Positions 10,077 through 20,543 of a DNA stretch of 64,000 nt are shown in pieces. How positions within the stretch are numbered: position 1 is the first letter of the stretch; every line of letters starts with the position of its first letter. The position numbers and the translations under genes are program-made. The DNA is from an uncultured Clostridia bacterium (lineage in GTDB: Bacteria; Bacillota; Clostridia; TANB77; CAG-508): NCBI GenBank assembly GCA_947581825.1, contig CANPVP010000009.1, positions 10,366 to 74,365 of the forward strand, given 5' to 3'. The notes beneath the pieces were generated by a model. That model was not told the origin of the DNA, did not search any database, and saw nothing but the letters and a program-made list of their open reading frames with translations.

Positions 10077-10514
10077 TTATATTTTGGGTGTTGGTATTTG
10101 ATTTATATCATTTTTAGCTACTTGAAGTTTTAAATCTCTTTTAATTTTTGTTGTAGATATTCCTTCTGTTCTTGGAAGATATACTACTTCGCAGTAATCT
10201 TTTAGAATTTCAAATTTTTCATTGCCTGTCCAATCATCTCCCATAACAACTGTATCTACATAATAGTTTTTAACATCATTTATTTTTTGTTCCCAGTTAT
10301 TTTCTGGTATAACTAAATCTACATATCTTATTGCTTCTAGCATTTTTTTTCTAGTTTCGTAATTGTGATATGCTTTTTTATGTTTTATTGCATTAAATTC
10401 ATCTGTAGATAGTGCTACTATTAAATAATCTCCTAACTCTTTTGCTCTTTTTAATATTCTTATATGTCCATAATGTAATAAATCAAATGTTCCATATGTT
10501 AATATTCTTTTCAT
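10077..10514 (-). CDS. tagD: Glycerol-3-phosphate cytidylyltransferase
   Basis: 145 aa. YGTFDLLHYGHIRIL (HxGH nucleotidyltransferase motif) and RTEGISTT motif. Confidence 0.9.
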   Translation of the reverse strand: MKRILTYGTFDLLHYGHIRILKRAKELGDYLIVALSTDEFNAIKHKKAYHNYETRKKMLEAIRYVDLVIPENNWEQKINDVKNYYVDTVVMGDDWTGNEKFEILKDYCEVVYLPRTEGISTTKIKRDLKLQVAKNDINQIPTPKI

Positions 10515-10547
10515 AATCTTTCCTTTCTTAAAATATGATATTAATAT

Positions 10548-13007
10548 CTATTTTACTATACTATGAAATTCTTTTTCAGCTTTTTTATTGAATTCTTCTG
10601 GATTAAATTTTTTAATTTTAGTTATTTTTCCATTTTTAAAATCTTTCAATCCATTTGCTAAACCTTCGATTGAATTTTCTACCAAATAACCATATCCTTT
10701 TTCTAAAAATTCTCTGGGACCTATAATGTTTGTAGATATTACTGTTTTTCCCAATATTAAAGCTTCCATTATCGTCATTGGTAATCCCTCATATATAGAT
10801 GATAATACAAAAGCATTACACTTATTTAAAATAGGATACGGATTCATTATTGATTTTATAATTATTACATTTTCTATTTTTACAGTTCCATCTACTTTTT
10901 GTATCATATTTAATATGTTTTTAAATTCTTTACCATATCCACCGATTATTATTAAATATGCTTTTTTATCATTTTCTGTTCTATATTTATCAAATGCTTT
11001 TATTAGTCTATCTAATCCCTTTTCTTTTGAAAATCTAGCTATATTGATAAATTTTGTGATTTCTTTATCATTCAGAATTCTGTTTAATTCTTCAATTTCC
11101 ACATTACAATATGTAGAATCTTGAAACTCCACTTCTTTTTGGGCTTTTTCTTTTATCCCATCTATATCATTAATATTATGAACTACTACAATATTTTCTT
11201 GTTGAGAACTTTTTATGTACTTTTTTAGTTCTTCTTTCATACTTTCTCTTACTACAACTATTTTATCAAATGTATTGTATGAATTTTTTAATGAATTCTT
11301 ATGAAAATTGCCCTTTAACTTTTCTTCTTTATACATATTATTATGTGCCCAAATAATTTTTTTTGTATTCATGCTAGAAATCATATGCATAATATTAGAT
11401 TCATATCCTGAAAAATGAATTGCATATTCGAAATCTAAGTTTGGATAAATTCTTTTTATTTCTCTATCAAAAATGTTCTTTATTTTTTTTCTAATAAATT
11501 TTGTATTAAATTCACATTTAAAATATAAAAAATGGCATAAAGCTTCTGAAAAAGTCATATTTTTCTGGCCTTGAATTACAAGGTAATCATAATCCTTTTC
11601 CACAAATTCTTTAACATAATCCAAATTATTTTTTACTTTGTTTTTATAAAAAGTAATTAAATAATTTTTATTATCTTTTCTATTTACACTATCTATTAAA
11701 CTATTAAAAGCTGTTGTTATACCATTTTTATTTAATACTCCTGGGAACATTAAAACATTCTTTTTACCATTAGCGAAACTCTCACCTTCAATTACTTCAA
11801 TACTTGAGTCTAATTGTTTTTTTAATATATAATTACAAATCTTTTTTGACACATTAATGTCATCATATGCTATATAGTGATTCATTTTCTTAGAATAGTC
11901 TTGATAAATATCTATATTATTAATTTCATCAATTAATTCTATAGAATTATATGTTAATGAAAAAGGTAATGATTTAAAATCTAAGTACATTCCTCTTTCA
12001 TCCATATACTTATCTAAGTCATATGCATATAAAATTATCTTTTTTTGTGTATTCATAAAATCAAAAAACACACTAGAATAATCTGTAATTAAACAATCTG
12101 CTATATTCAAAAATTCATATGTTTCATATTCATGTGGTATTTCTTTTATCTTGTTTAATTTATTCAAATCTAAAGTTTGTTTTACATAGTTGTGCAGTTT
12201 TACATAAACAACTATATTATCATTTAATTTTGCTTCCATTTCATAAATTGCTTGTTTTATATAAGCCATTTGCTGATCGACATTTTTTGTTTCTAAAGTT
12301 CCTTTCCATGTTGGCATAAAAACTGCTATTTTCTTATTCTCTAACTTATACTTTTTTATTATTTGCTCCTTTTTTTCTTCATCAAAAAAAGCTTCATTTC
12401 GTGGATATCCTGATATTAAATATTTTCCTTTGAAAAGATTATCTAACATGTAATCTTTTTTCATTCTTTCAAAAGTAAATTTATTTGGATAAAGCAAATA
12501 ATCTGCCATCATAAAATTTCTTTGCGTATTTCCTATTTCATTTGGTGCAGCTTTTATTCTTTTTCCTAAAGTTTTTAATGGTGTTCCATGCCATGTATTA
12601 AGATAAATTTGTCCTTCTTTCTTTATAAAATATACTGGAAATGTTGAATTATTTATAAGATAACTAGCAGTTGCTAAAATTTTACAATATTTTGCTGAGT
12701 GAATTTTTACAACTTCAACATTTTTCCAACCATTTCTTTCTATCTGCTCTCTTATTACATTTTCTGAAAGTACCCTATCTACTACTACTTTTCTATATTC
12801 TTCATATTCTGGATTTTCACATAATTCTTTTAATAAATAATATGGATTACCTGATATACTGCTACCATCATAAGATTGAATCAATATTAATTTTTCTTCA
12901 ATAGGTAGTTTCTCATAATACTTTGTATAAGTAAATTTTGCTCTGAAATCTCCCCTTCGTATGTATCTATCAAGGTTCTTCTTTATAGTGTTCAAAATTT
13001 TGTTCAT
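10548..13007 (-). CDS. Fusion protein: CDP-glycerol glycerophosphotransferase (TagF-like) N-terminal part plus GT4 (glycos_transf_1) C-terminal part
   Basis: 819 aa. NTWHGTPLKTLGK and ITDYSSVFFDF (TagB/F family) in the first half. EGLPMTIMEALILGKTVIST (GT4 E-x7-E region) near the C-terminus. Confidence 0.8.
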   Translation of the reverse strand: MNKILNTIKKNLDRYIRRGDFRAKFTYTKYYEKLPIEEKLILIQSYDGSSISGNPYYLLKELCENPEYEEYRKVVVDRVLSENVIREQIERNGWKNVEVVKIHSAKYCKILATASYLINNSTFPVYFIKKEGQIYLNTWHGTPLKTLGKRIKAAPNEIGNTQRNFMMADYLLYPNKFTFERMKKDYMLDNLFKGKYLISGYPRNEAFFDEEKKEQIIKKYKLENKKIAVFMPTWKGTLETKNVDQQMAYIKQAIYEMEAKLNDNIVVYVKLHNYVKQTLDLNKLNKIKEIPHEYETYEFLNIADCLITDYSSVFFDFMNTQKKIILYAYDLDKYMDERGMYLDFKSLPFSLTYNSIELIDEINNIDIYQDYSKKMNHYIAYDDINVSKKICNYILKKQLDSSIEVIEGESFANGKKNVLMFPGVLNKNGITTAFNSLIDSVNRKDNKNYLITFYKNKVKNNLDYVKEFVEKDYDYLVIQGQKNMTFSEALCHFLYFKCEFNTKFIRKKIKNIFDREIKRIYPNLDFEYAIHFSGYESNIMHMISSMNTKKIIWAHNNMYKEEKLKGNFHKNSLKNSYNTFDKIVVVRESMKEELKKYIKSSQQENIVVVHNINDIDGIKEKAQKEVEFQDSTYCNVEIEELNRILNDKEITKFINIARFSKEKGLDRLIKAFDKYRTENDKKAYLIIIGGYGKEFKNILNMIQKVDGTVKIENVIIIKSIMNPYPILNKCNAFVLSSIYEGLPMTIMEALILGKTVISTNIIGPREFLEKGYGYLVENSIEGLANGLKDFKNGKITKIKKFNPEEFNKKAEKEFHSIVK

Positions 13008-13034
13008 TACTTGATTCCTCTTTTCTGTATTGTA

Positions 13035-14288
13035 CTACTCTTTATTGATAATTTTTTCTATTACCCTTTTACTTGCATTTCCATCATCTAAATAATTATA
13101 TGTTTCATTGAATTTTTTATATTTTTCATCATATTTAAAATTCTTTATTAAATCTTCTATTTTATTAATTAGTTCATCTTCCGTTCTTACTATTGGTCCT
13201 GGTAATTCGCTTATGTCAAAATAAAAACCTCTAATGTCATCTCTATAAGCTTCTAAGTCATACATATAAAAAATTATTGGTCTTTTTAAATTTGCATAAT
13301 CAAAGAATACACTTGAATAGTCTGTTATTAATATATCTGATATAATGTACAATTCATTTATATCATCAACCTTTGAAACATCATATATGAAATTAGAATA
13401 TTTGTCAAACTCAAAGGAATTAGAAACTAGGTAATGTGCTCTAAATAAAATAATATACTCTTTTTCTAGATTTTGCTTCATTTTATCAAAATCTACTTCT
13501 GTTTTATATGTATATCCAACAGTAGCTGTATGTTGATTATCTCTCCATGTTGGTGCATACAAAATTATTTTTCTATTGTCATTTTCTAGTCCTAGTTTTT
13601 TCTTGATTTTTTTCACATCAGCATCAGTATAATTATATAAGAAATCATTTCTTGGATATCCTTGTTCTATAATAACATTCTCTTTTTTGAATTCTTTTAA
13701 GTTCCACGCAGATGTGAATTTTTCGCTTGCAAATTTTGATGGTGATATAAAATATTTGAATTTTTTAGCATCTAATTCATATTTTTTCCTTATTTCATTT
13801 CTAGAATTCATTGCATTATCTGTATGTTCTAAATCATATCCTAATCTTTTTAGTGGAGTTCCATGCCAACATTGTATAAATATTTGATTTTCTTTGGGGA
13901 AAATATAATCCCTTGGTCTATAGTTAAAAATCCAATACTTAGCAGATGCCAAATACTTTTGATATTCTTTACTCATAAATTTTACTATTATTGTATTATC
14001 GTTATCTGCTATTTTTTTATGTTCTTCTAAATCCTTAAATCCCCATACAAAAGTATAATTTTTGAATTTCTCATCTTTAAGCATTTGTTCATAAATAGCT
14101 TTCGGACTACATGAATATGATTTACCGTTAAATGACGTAAATATTATTAGTTTATCATCAACTTTTATTCCTAATGAATTTAATTTATATTGAATTTTTC
14201 GTTTAAGATTTCTTAATCCTCTAACACATTTTCTTAAAATTACATTTTTTTTAGCGGTATCAAGTATAACCTTTTTTAACTTTCCCAT
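13035..14288 (-). CDS. CDP-glycerol glycerophosphotransferase (TagB/TagF family)
   Basis: 417 aa. QCWHGTPLKRLGYD and ITDYSSVFFDY motifs. The start overlaps the stop of the upstream gene (TAATG). Confidence 0.85.
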   Translation of the reverse strand: MGKLKKVILDTAKKNVILRKCVRGLRNLKRKIQYKLNSLGIKVDDKLIIFTSFNGKSYSCSPKAIYEQMLKDEKFKNYTFVWGFKDLEEHKKIADNDNTIIVKFMSKEYQKYLASAKYWIFNYRPRDYIFPKENQIFIQCWHGTPLKRLGYDLEHTDNAMNSRNEIRKKYELDAKKFKYFISPSKFASEKFTSAWNLKEFKKENVIIEQGYPRNDFLYNYTDADVKKIKKKLGLENDNRKIILYAPTWRDNQHTATVGYTYKTEVDFDKMKQNLEKEYIILFRAHYLVSNSFEFDKYSNFIYDVSKVDDINELYIISDILITDYSSVFFDYANLKRPIIFYMYDLEAYRDDIRGFYFDISELPGPIVRTEDELINKIEDLIKNFKYDEKYKKFNETYNYLDDGNASKRVIEKIINKE

Positions 14289-15415
14289 TATATCACCCTT
14301 TTTATATTTCTTAAAACAAATTTTGCTATTTCTTCAGTATTATTGGTATTCTTAGTTTCTATATATTTTTCTACAAATTTATTTAGTTCTTCATAATTAT
14401 ATTTATCACTTTCTATTTTGTTTATAATATTTTTTGCTTCTTTTGAAGTTGATGATGACATTTCTTCAAATAAATTTATATTTAAGCCCCTATTTTTTTG
14501 ATATTCTTCAATATCATATAAGTAAAAATATGTTGGCTTGTTTTTTAGTGCTGCTTCAAAAGCTATTGCAGAATAATCCGTTATTATGTAATCTGCTATA
14601 TCAAGCCAATCAATTGAGCCATATTTATTATCAACGATACAACCTTCGCTATCTTCTAACTTTTCAGAAGGGTGTTTTTTTATAATTAAATTATACTTGT
14701 CCATATTAACAGCTTTTATTAATTCTTCAGCTTTTATTTGCTGATTTTTTCTAAAAGTTGGTACATATAATATATTTTTTTTGTTTTTTAATTCTGGATA
14801 ATCATTTAATATTTGTTTTTCAATATCTGGATTTTTTTTCAGTAAATAATCTATCCTAGGCATTCCCATTATTAAAATTTTTTCCTTGGCAACATTAAAT
14901 GCTTTTTGATAAAAAATTTTAGTTGCATTACTTGGAGCTATTATATATGTATAATTTTTATGCATATTCATCGCATCAGATATATCTTTATCTCTTCCTT
15001 CTTTTGTTCCAAGGGATTGATATCCAAATTTTTTGATAGCTCCTAAAGCATGCCATATTTGTATTACTACTAGTTCTTTTCTTTGTTTTAATATCGAAAC
15101 AGGAATAGAATATCCATCTATTATACAGACTTTTGAATTTGCTAAATTAGCCATAATTTTTAACATATAAATACTGTAGCTTAATTTTTTTACAATGCCT
15201 TTTTTTATTGTTTTGCAAAATATTTTTATTTCTACAGTATTATCTTGATTTTTTATTTCTTGTTCAAGCATTTTAAAATCAAGAGATGGATAATCAACCT
15301 GTCTGCTTATTAATATAACTTTGTTTTTCAATTTACTTTTTTTCATGAAAAAATACATTACATTTAAAAAGCATTTCATTATAACTATTAAAATTTTTAT
15401 CAAAAACTTTTTCAT
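14288..15415 (-). CDS. CDP-glycerol glycerophosphotransferase family protein (TagB-like)
   Basis: QIWHALGAIKKFGYQ and ITDYSAIAFEA motifs. Start moved to MKKFLIK at 15415 (RBS GAAGGA 8 nt upstream). Confidence 0.8.
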   Translation of the reverse strand: MKKFLIKILIVIMKCFLNVMYFFMKKSKLKNKVILISRQVDYPSLDFKMLEQEIKNQDNTVEIKIFCKTIKKGIVKKLSYSIYMLKIMANLANSKVCIIDGYSIPVSILKQRKELVVIQIWHALGAIKKFGYQSLGTKEGRDKDISDAMNMHKNYTYIIAPSNATKIFYQKAFNVAKEKILIMGMPRIDYLLKKNPDIEKQILNDYPELKNKKNILYVPTFRKNQQIKAEELIKAVNMDKYNLIIKKHPSEKLEDSEGCIVDNKYGSIDWLDIADYIITDYSAIAFEAALKNKPTYFYLYDIEEYQKNRGLNINLFEEMSSSTSKEAKNIINKIESDKYNYEELNKFVEKYIETKNTNNTEEIAKFVLRNIKRVI

Positions 15416-15469
15416 ATATATTCCTTCTATATAATAATTCATTTATTATATATTTTTCATTATTATTGC

Positions 15470-18049
15470 TTATTCTGTTCTTAAAGCTTCTACTGGATCC
15501 TTTTTAGCTGCCATCTTTGCTGGGATTAATCCTGCAACTACTGTTAGTATCATACTTATGATTATTAATGCTATAGCTCCTACTGTTGGCAATTTTGCTA
15601 GATTTGAAACGTCAGCTAGAGCTTTAATTATTGAATTTGCTGGTATCAATAACAATAATGTAACTCCAATTCCTATTGCTCCTGCTAACACACCAACAAT
15701 AAATGTTTCTGCATTGAACACTCTTGAAATGTCTTTCTTTGATGCTCCTATACTTCTTAGTATTCCTATTTCTTTAATTCTTTCTAAAACAGAAATATAT
15801 GTTATAATTCCAATCATAATTGATGAAACTACTAAGCTTATTCCAACAAATGCAATTAATACATAACTTATCATATCAACAATAGATGTTACAGCATTTA
15901 GCATTATTCCTATATAATCTGTATATACAAGCTTATCTTCTTCTTTTCCTGCATCAATCATTTTTTGATTATAATTTTCTATTTCATCACTAATTAGATT
16001 TTTTGTTTCAAAATCTTTTGGATAAATACTTATCATTGACGGATCATCTAAATCAACTATTCCTAATTTTTTTAAATTATCTTCATATGTTGCACCATAT
16101 GTATCAGAATAATTTGCCATAAATTCTGCCAATTCTTCTTGTGATAATGATGCTATATAAGCTTTTTGCTCGTCTGTTAAATTTGAATAATCTGCTTTTT
16201 TACTATCGACAAACTTAGCACCAGTAAATACATTAATTTTCTTGTTTTTTAACTGTTCTTTTGCTATATCAGTTTCATTTATTTTATTAATTACATATTC
16301 TGTCAAAGCATGTGTATATCCTACATTTCCAGTAATTGATCCCGAAGTAGCTTCTGGATTTTGTTTTATAATTCCTACTACTTTAATTTCTATGGCATTA
16401 TCTAATTTTTTATTTAGATATTTTTCATCATTTTCCTTGTTTACCCACATATTGCTTTCTTTTTTATAATAATCTGTATTTAATAAAACTTTGTACTTCA
16501 AATTTAATAATTCATCATATGTATATGTACTTACTTCTGCCTCTTCTACTTTTTCACCCTTTAGCAATTTTTTATATGCTTTATTAAACTCTTCTACATC
16601 TTTTAATCCTAAAGCATATAAAGAGTAATCTGTTATTTTATTATTATCATCCACTTTTATAACAATTTCATTATAAGCTTTTGGCCATCTTCCTGCTAAT
16701 AAATCGAATTGTGATTCTAGCAAGTTTTGATTATCAAGCATTTCTTCCCAAACAGTTGCATTCATCATCGTTTCAGGAGTCATATTACTGTTAGCTCCAT
16801 TTACTTCATCAAAAACTTTTGTTGGTTGAACCTGCTCATACTTTCCATCGTCTTGTTTTTTATATATGTTTAAATCTAGATTATAGCTATATTTTATAGC
16901 TGTGCTATTTTCTCTAATTTTACTCTCATCACTTTCAATATATTTTTTGAATTTTTCTAGATTATTTTCTGTACGTTCTGCTGATAAAGTTTCCATTAAA
17001 TCCATCATTATATTTTGTGATGTTACAACATTTTCTTTTGTTTCTTCATTTGTTTGTTTTTCATTGCTTTCTTGCATTTCTTCAATCATTGAACCCATAT
17101 CTACAGTAGTTGATTCAATTGTAATTGGATATGACGATAAAGTATCTTCTTGTACTTTCTGAATATATTTATCAACACCATTTGATAATGACAATATTGA
17201 TGCAATTCCTATAATTCCTATACTTCCCGCAAAAGCTGTTAGGAAAGTTCTTCCTTTTTTTGTTAATAGGTTATTTAAGCTAAGAGATAAAGCTGTAAAG
17301 AAACTCATATGTGTTTTCTTCACTTCTTTCGCCTTCATCTTAGCTTCTTCAATTTCTTTTTCAGAAGCAGAATATGGATTTGAGTCATCTGTAATTTTTC
17401 CATCTAGCAATCTTACAATTCTTGTTGAATATTCCTGAGCAAGCTCTGGATTATGTGTTACCATTATTACTAATCTATCTTTAGCAATCTTCTTTAATAA
17501 ATCCATTATTTGAACAGATGTAGCTGTATCTAATGCTCCTGTAGGTTCATCAGCTAAAAGAATATCCGGATTTCCAACTAAAGCTCTCGCAATAGCTACT
17601 CTCTGCATTTGTCCACCTGACAATTGATTTGGTTTCTTATGTATTTGTTCTCCTAATCCTACTTCTTTTAATGCATTTATAGCTCTTTTTCTTCTCTCTT
17701 TTTTTCCAATACCTGCTAGAGTTAATGCCAATTCAACATTTGAAAGTATAGATTGATGACTTATAAGGTTATAGTTTTGAAAAACAAACCCAATCGAATG
17801 ATTTCTATATGTATCCCAATCTCTGTCTTTGAATTTTTTAGTTGATTTTCCATTTATAATTAAATCACCTGTTGTGTATTGGTCCAATCCACCTATAATA
17901 TTAAGTAGTGTTGTCTTTCCACAACCACTTTGACCAAGGATTGATACAAATTCATTTTCTCTAAATTCAATATCTATTCCTTTTAGAGCTTGCACTTTCC
18001 TATTATCATCGTTACCATATGTTTTCGTGATATTCTTTAGTTGTAACAT
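15470..18049 (-). CDS. Fused ABC ATPase / FtsX-type permease (MacB-like) with large extracytoplasmic domain
   Basis: 859 aa. N-terminal Walker A GQSGCGKTT, LSGGQ, Walker B LLADEPT. After that come a TM, ~430 aa of hydrophilic sequence, then 3 C-terminal TMs (FtsX fold). Confidence 0.85.
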   Translation of the reverse strand: MLQLKNITKTYGNDDNRKVQALKGIDIEFRENEFVSILGQSGCGKTTLLNIIGGLDQYTTGDLIINGKSTKKFKDRDWDTYRNHSIGFVFQNYNLISHQSILSNVELALTLAGIGKKERRKRAINALKEVGLGEQIHKKPNQLSGGQMQRVAIARALVGNPDILLADEPTGALDTATSVQIMDLLKKIAKDRLVIMVTHNPELAQEYSTRIVRLLDGKITDDSNPYSASEKEIEEAKMKAKEVKKTHMSFFTALSLSLNNLLTKKGRTFLTAFAGSIGIIGIASILSLSNGVDKYIQKVQEDTLSSYPITIESTTVDMGSMIEEMQESNEKQTNEETKENVVTSQNIMMDLMETLSAERTENNLEKFKKYIESDESKIRENSTAIKYSYNLDLNIYKKQDDGKYEQVQPTKVFDEVNGANSNMTPETMMNATVWEEMLDNQNLLESQFDLLAGRWPKAYNEIVIKVDDNNKITDYSLYALGLKDVEEFNKAYKKLLKGEKVEEAEVSTYTYDELLNLKYKVLLNTDYYKKESNMWVNKENDEKYLNKKLDNAIEIKVVGIIKQNPEATSGSITGNVGYTHALTEYVINKINETDIAKEQLKNKKINVFTGAKFVDSKKADYSNLTDEQKAYIASLSQEELAEFMANYSDTYGATYEDNLKKLGIVDLDDPSMISIYPKDFETKNLISDEIENYNQKMIDAGKEEDKLVYTDYIGIMLNAVTSIVDMISYVLIAFVGISLVVSSIMIGIITYISVLERIKEIGILRSIGASKKDISRVFNAETFIVGVLAGAIGIGVTLLLLIPANSIIKALADVSNLAKLPTVGAIALIIISMILTVVAGLIPAKMAAKKDPVEALRTE

Positions 18050-18301
18050 GGTTTTATCCCTCCAGTTTTATTTTATATGATACATATATAATATATTTTA
18101 TTTCTTATATTACTACTCTTTTTATAAAAAATTTTTTCTACTTTTTTAGAATAATATTATACTCCTATATACTATCAATTATGTGGTGGTTTGTCAATTT
18201 CCAAGAAATAAATTCTACAAATTTTATACCTATTTTTTATATTATTGGTAATACTAAAATATATATGCAAAATCAGCATATATATTTTTAAGGAGGTATT
18301 T

Positions 18302-18499
18302 ATGAAAGTTATTAATTGTATTGCACTTACTTTGGTAATAATAGGTGCTCTTAATTGGTTGCTTGTTGGATTATTTTCTTTTAATCTTGTTGATACTCTA
18401 TTTGGTGTATCTTCAATAATTTCTAGAATTATTTATATTTTAGTAGGAATATCTGGTATATGGTCTCTCGTATTCTACTCTAAAGTATTAGAAGACTAA
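18302..18499 (+). CDS. DUF378-type small membrane protein
   Basis: MKVINCIALTLVIIGALNWLLVGLF... (GxLNWxLVG motif). RBS AAGGAGG 6 nt upstream of the ATG at 18302. The ORF-track start at 18245 is less likely. Confidence 0.7.
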   Translation: MKVINCIALTLVIIGALNWLLVGLFSFNLVDTLFGVSSIISRIIYILVGISGIWSLVFYSKVLED

Positions 18500-18519
18500 C
18501 ATAGCTACAAGATTGAAAC

Positions 18520-18580
18520 AAAACAACATTAGCATGATAAGTAATATAAAAAAATACTTTTAGAATGCTAATGTTGTTTT
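18520..18580. terminator. Bidirectional hairpin between convergent genes
   Basis: AAAACAACATTAGCAT ... ATGCTAATGTTGTTTT (16-bp arms, ~29-nt loop containing AAGTA/TACTT), flanked by A and T runs. Confidence 0.55.
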
Positions 18581-18592
18581 ATTTCATTTTTT

Positions 18593-19390
18593 CTACATCA
18601 TATTAGTATGTACCACTACTTGCTTATATGGTATTTGTATATTGTTTTTATCTAATTCAAATTTTATTATTCTATTTGCCTCTGCTCTAACTTGTAATTT
18701 TGTTTCGGGTTTGCAAAAAATTCTTATTTTATAGTATAATGCATACTCACCAAATTCATACAACCCCTTGTATTCCGCTTCTGTAACATTTTCTATCTGC
18801 TTTATATTATTAATTATTTTTTCTATTATTTTCTCTATTTTTTCAATCGACTCTTCATATGGTAATGGTAAATCTATATCTATTTGATTTGATATCGTTA
18901 ACGCTTCTGTTATACTTCTATTCGAAATTGTTAATGTATTTCCATTATTGACATCTTTTAATTTTGTAGACTTTAATCCTAGTTCTATTATTTTTCCCTG
19001 CACTTGTCCTATTTGCAATACATCTCCTACTGAAAAATAATCATCAACAATAATATTGAATCCCATTATAATGTCCTTAAGAGCATCTTGAAGTGCTAAA
19101 CCTGCAATTACAGACACTAATCCTAATCCTGCTACAATTGATGTGACGTTTACTCCATTTACTTGCAATACTGCAACACAAACTATTATTAAAATTACAT
19201 ACTTTAAAATACTATTTATTAATCGTATATATGTTCTTTTTCTTTTATTTAAACTTGGGTTATTTTTATTCTTTTCTATCATTCTTTTCATAATATGCTT
19301 CGTTATCATATATGTTATTATTCCCACAACTATGATAGCAATTGATATATATATATTTTTGTTAGTTATAAATTCTATAATTTGTTTCAT
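18593..19390 (-). CDS. Small-conductance mechanosensitive channel (MscS family)
   Basis: 265 aa. 3 TMs followed by VGDVLQIGQVQGKIIELGLKSTKL, the beta-domain motif. Confidence 0.85.
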   Translation of the reverse strand: MKQIIEFITNKNIYISIAIIVVGIITYMITKHIMKRMIEKNKNNPSLNKRKRTYIRLINSILKYVILIIVCVAVLQVNGVNVTSIVAGLGLVSVIAGLALQDALKDIIMGFNIIVDDYFSVGDVLQIGQVQGKIIELGLKSTKLKDVNNGNTLTISNRSITEALTISNQIDIDLPLPYEESIEKIEKIIEKIINNIKQIENVTEAEYKGLYEFGEYALYYKIRIFCKPETKLQVRAEANRIIKFELDKNNIQIPYKQVVVHTNMM

Positions 19391-19463
19391 CTTTACTCCC
19401 TTTATTAATACGTTTTTTATTTAAGTTCTACAGAATTTTATCATAAATGCAAATATTAATCAA

Positions 19464-20411
19464 TTATTTTACAAATAAACTCAACATGTACGAAAAATAT
19501 ATTACACAATATATAAAACCATTTTCTCTACTTATTTTATTTTTAGGTGGTATGATTGGCAATATAACTAAACCAAATGTTGCTAAAATTAATATTAGCA
19601 TTTCAATATTATAACTTATATTATAAATAATTGGTCTAATTAGTGCTGCTGTTCCTGTTATTAATAATAAATTGAACATATTCGAACCCAATACATTTCC
19701 AATTACAATATCATTTTTACCTTTTATAGCTCCTGCTATACTTGTTACTAATTCTGGCAAACTTGTTCCTATTGATAAAATTACAATACTCATTATTTTC
19801 TCACTCAAATAAAAAAAAGTAGCAAGCTTATACGCATTATCTACTGTTAAATCTCCTCCTAGTTTTAATAATATAATACCTATTATAACTAATAGGAAAT
19901 CTTTAACTATAGTTTTATCAAGTTGTTCAAAATTTTTTTCGTTTTTATTAATTCTTTGCTCTTTGCTTGATATTCTAATAGTAAACCACATAAATATTAT
20001 AAATAAAGTAAGCAGTATAATAGCATCAGTTCTAGACACGCTTTGGTCTATATTGCATAAAACCATAAAAATAATAGCAACTGCAAATGACATTGGAATT
20101 TCCATTACCTTTGTTTCTTTTTTTAAGTATATAGGTCTAATAAATGCTGATATTCCTAAAATCATAAGTATATTAGAAATATTACTTCCTACAACATTTC
20201 CAACTGCCACATCAGAATAGCCTTTTAATGCAGACGTTATACTCAATAATAATTCTGGCATTGATGTTCCTATAGAAACAATAGTCAAACCTATTATGAA
20301 TTCTGATATATTAAGCCTTTTTGCAATTTTACTTGAACCATTTACTAATAAATTAGCTCCTTTGATTAATAATGTAAAACCCAATATTATTAGTAATATT
20401 GATAGAAACAT
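19464..20411 (-). CDS. Ca2+/Na+ antiporter (CaCA/YrbG family)
   Basis: 315 aa. Duplicated alpha-repeat motifs GTSMPEL...GNVVGSNISN and GTSLPEL...GNVLGSNMFN. Confidence 0.85.
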   Translation of the reverse strand: MFLSILLIILGFTLLIKGANLLVNGSSKIAKRLNISEFIIGLTIVSIGTSMPELLLSITSALKGYSDVAVGNVVGSNISNILMILGISAFIRPIYLKKETKVMEIPMSFAVAIIFMVLCNIDQSVSRTDAIILLTLFIIFMWFTIRISSKEQRINKNEKNFEQLDKTIVKDFLLVIIGIILLKLGGDLTVDNAYKLATFFYLSEKIMSIVILSIGTSLPELVTSIAGAIKGKNDIVIGNVLGSNMFNLLLITGTAALIRPIIYNISYNIEMLILILATFGLVILPIIPPKNKISRENGFIYCVIYFSYMLSLFVK

Positions 20412-20543
20412 AATTATATACTCTCCTTACTTTTTGTATAATAATTATTATTTCCATATTACTATATGTTATTTATATAGTTTATTTCAAATTTATATTT
20501 AATTATTTCACTTAACATATTTTCTTATTTATTACATTAAATT

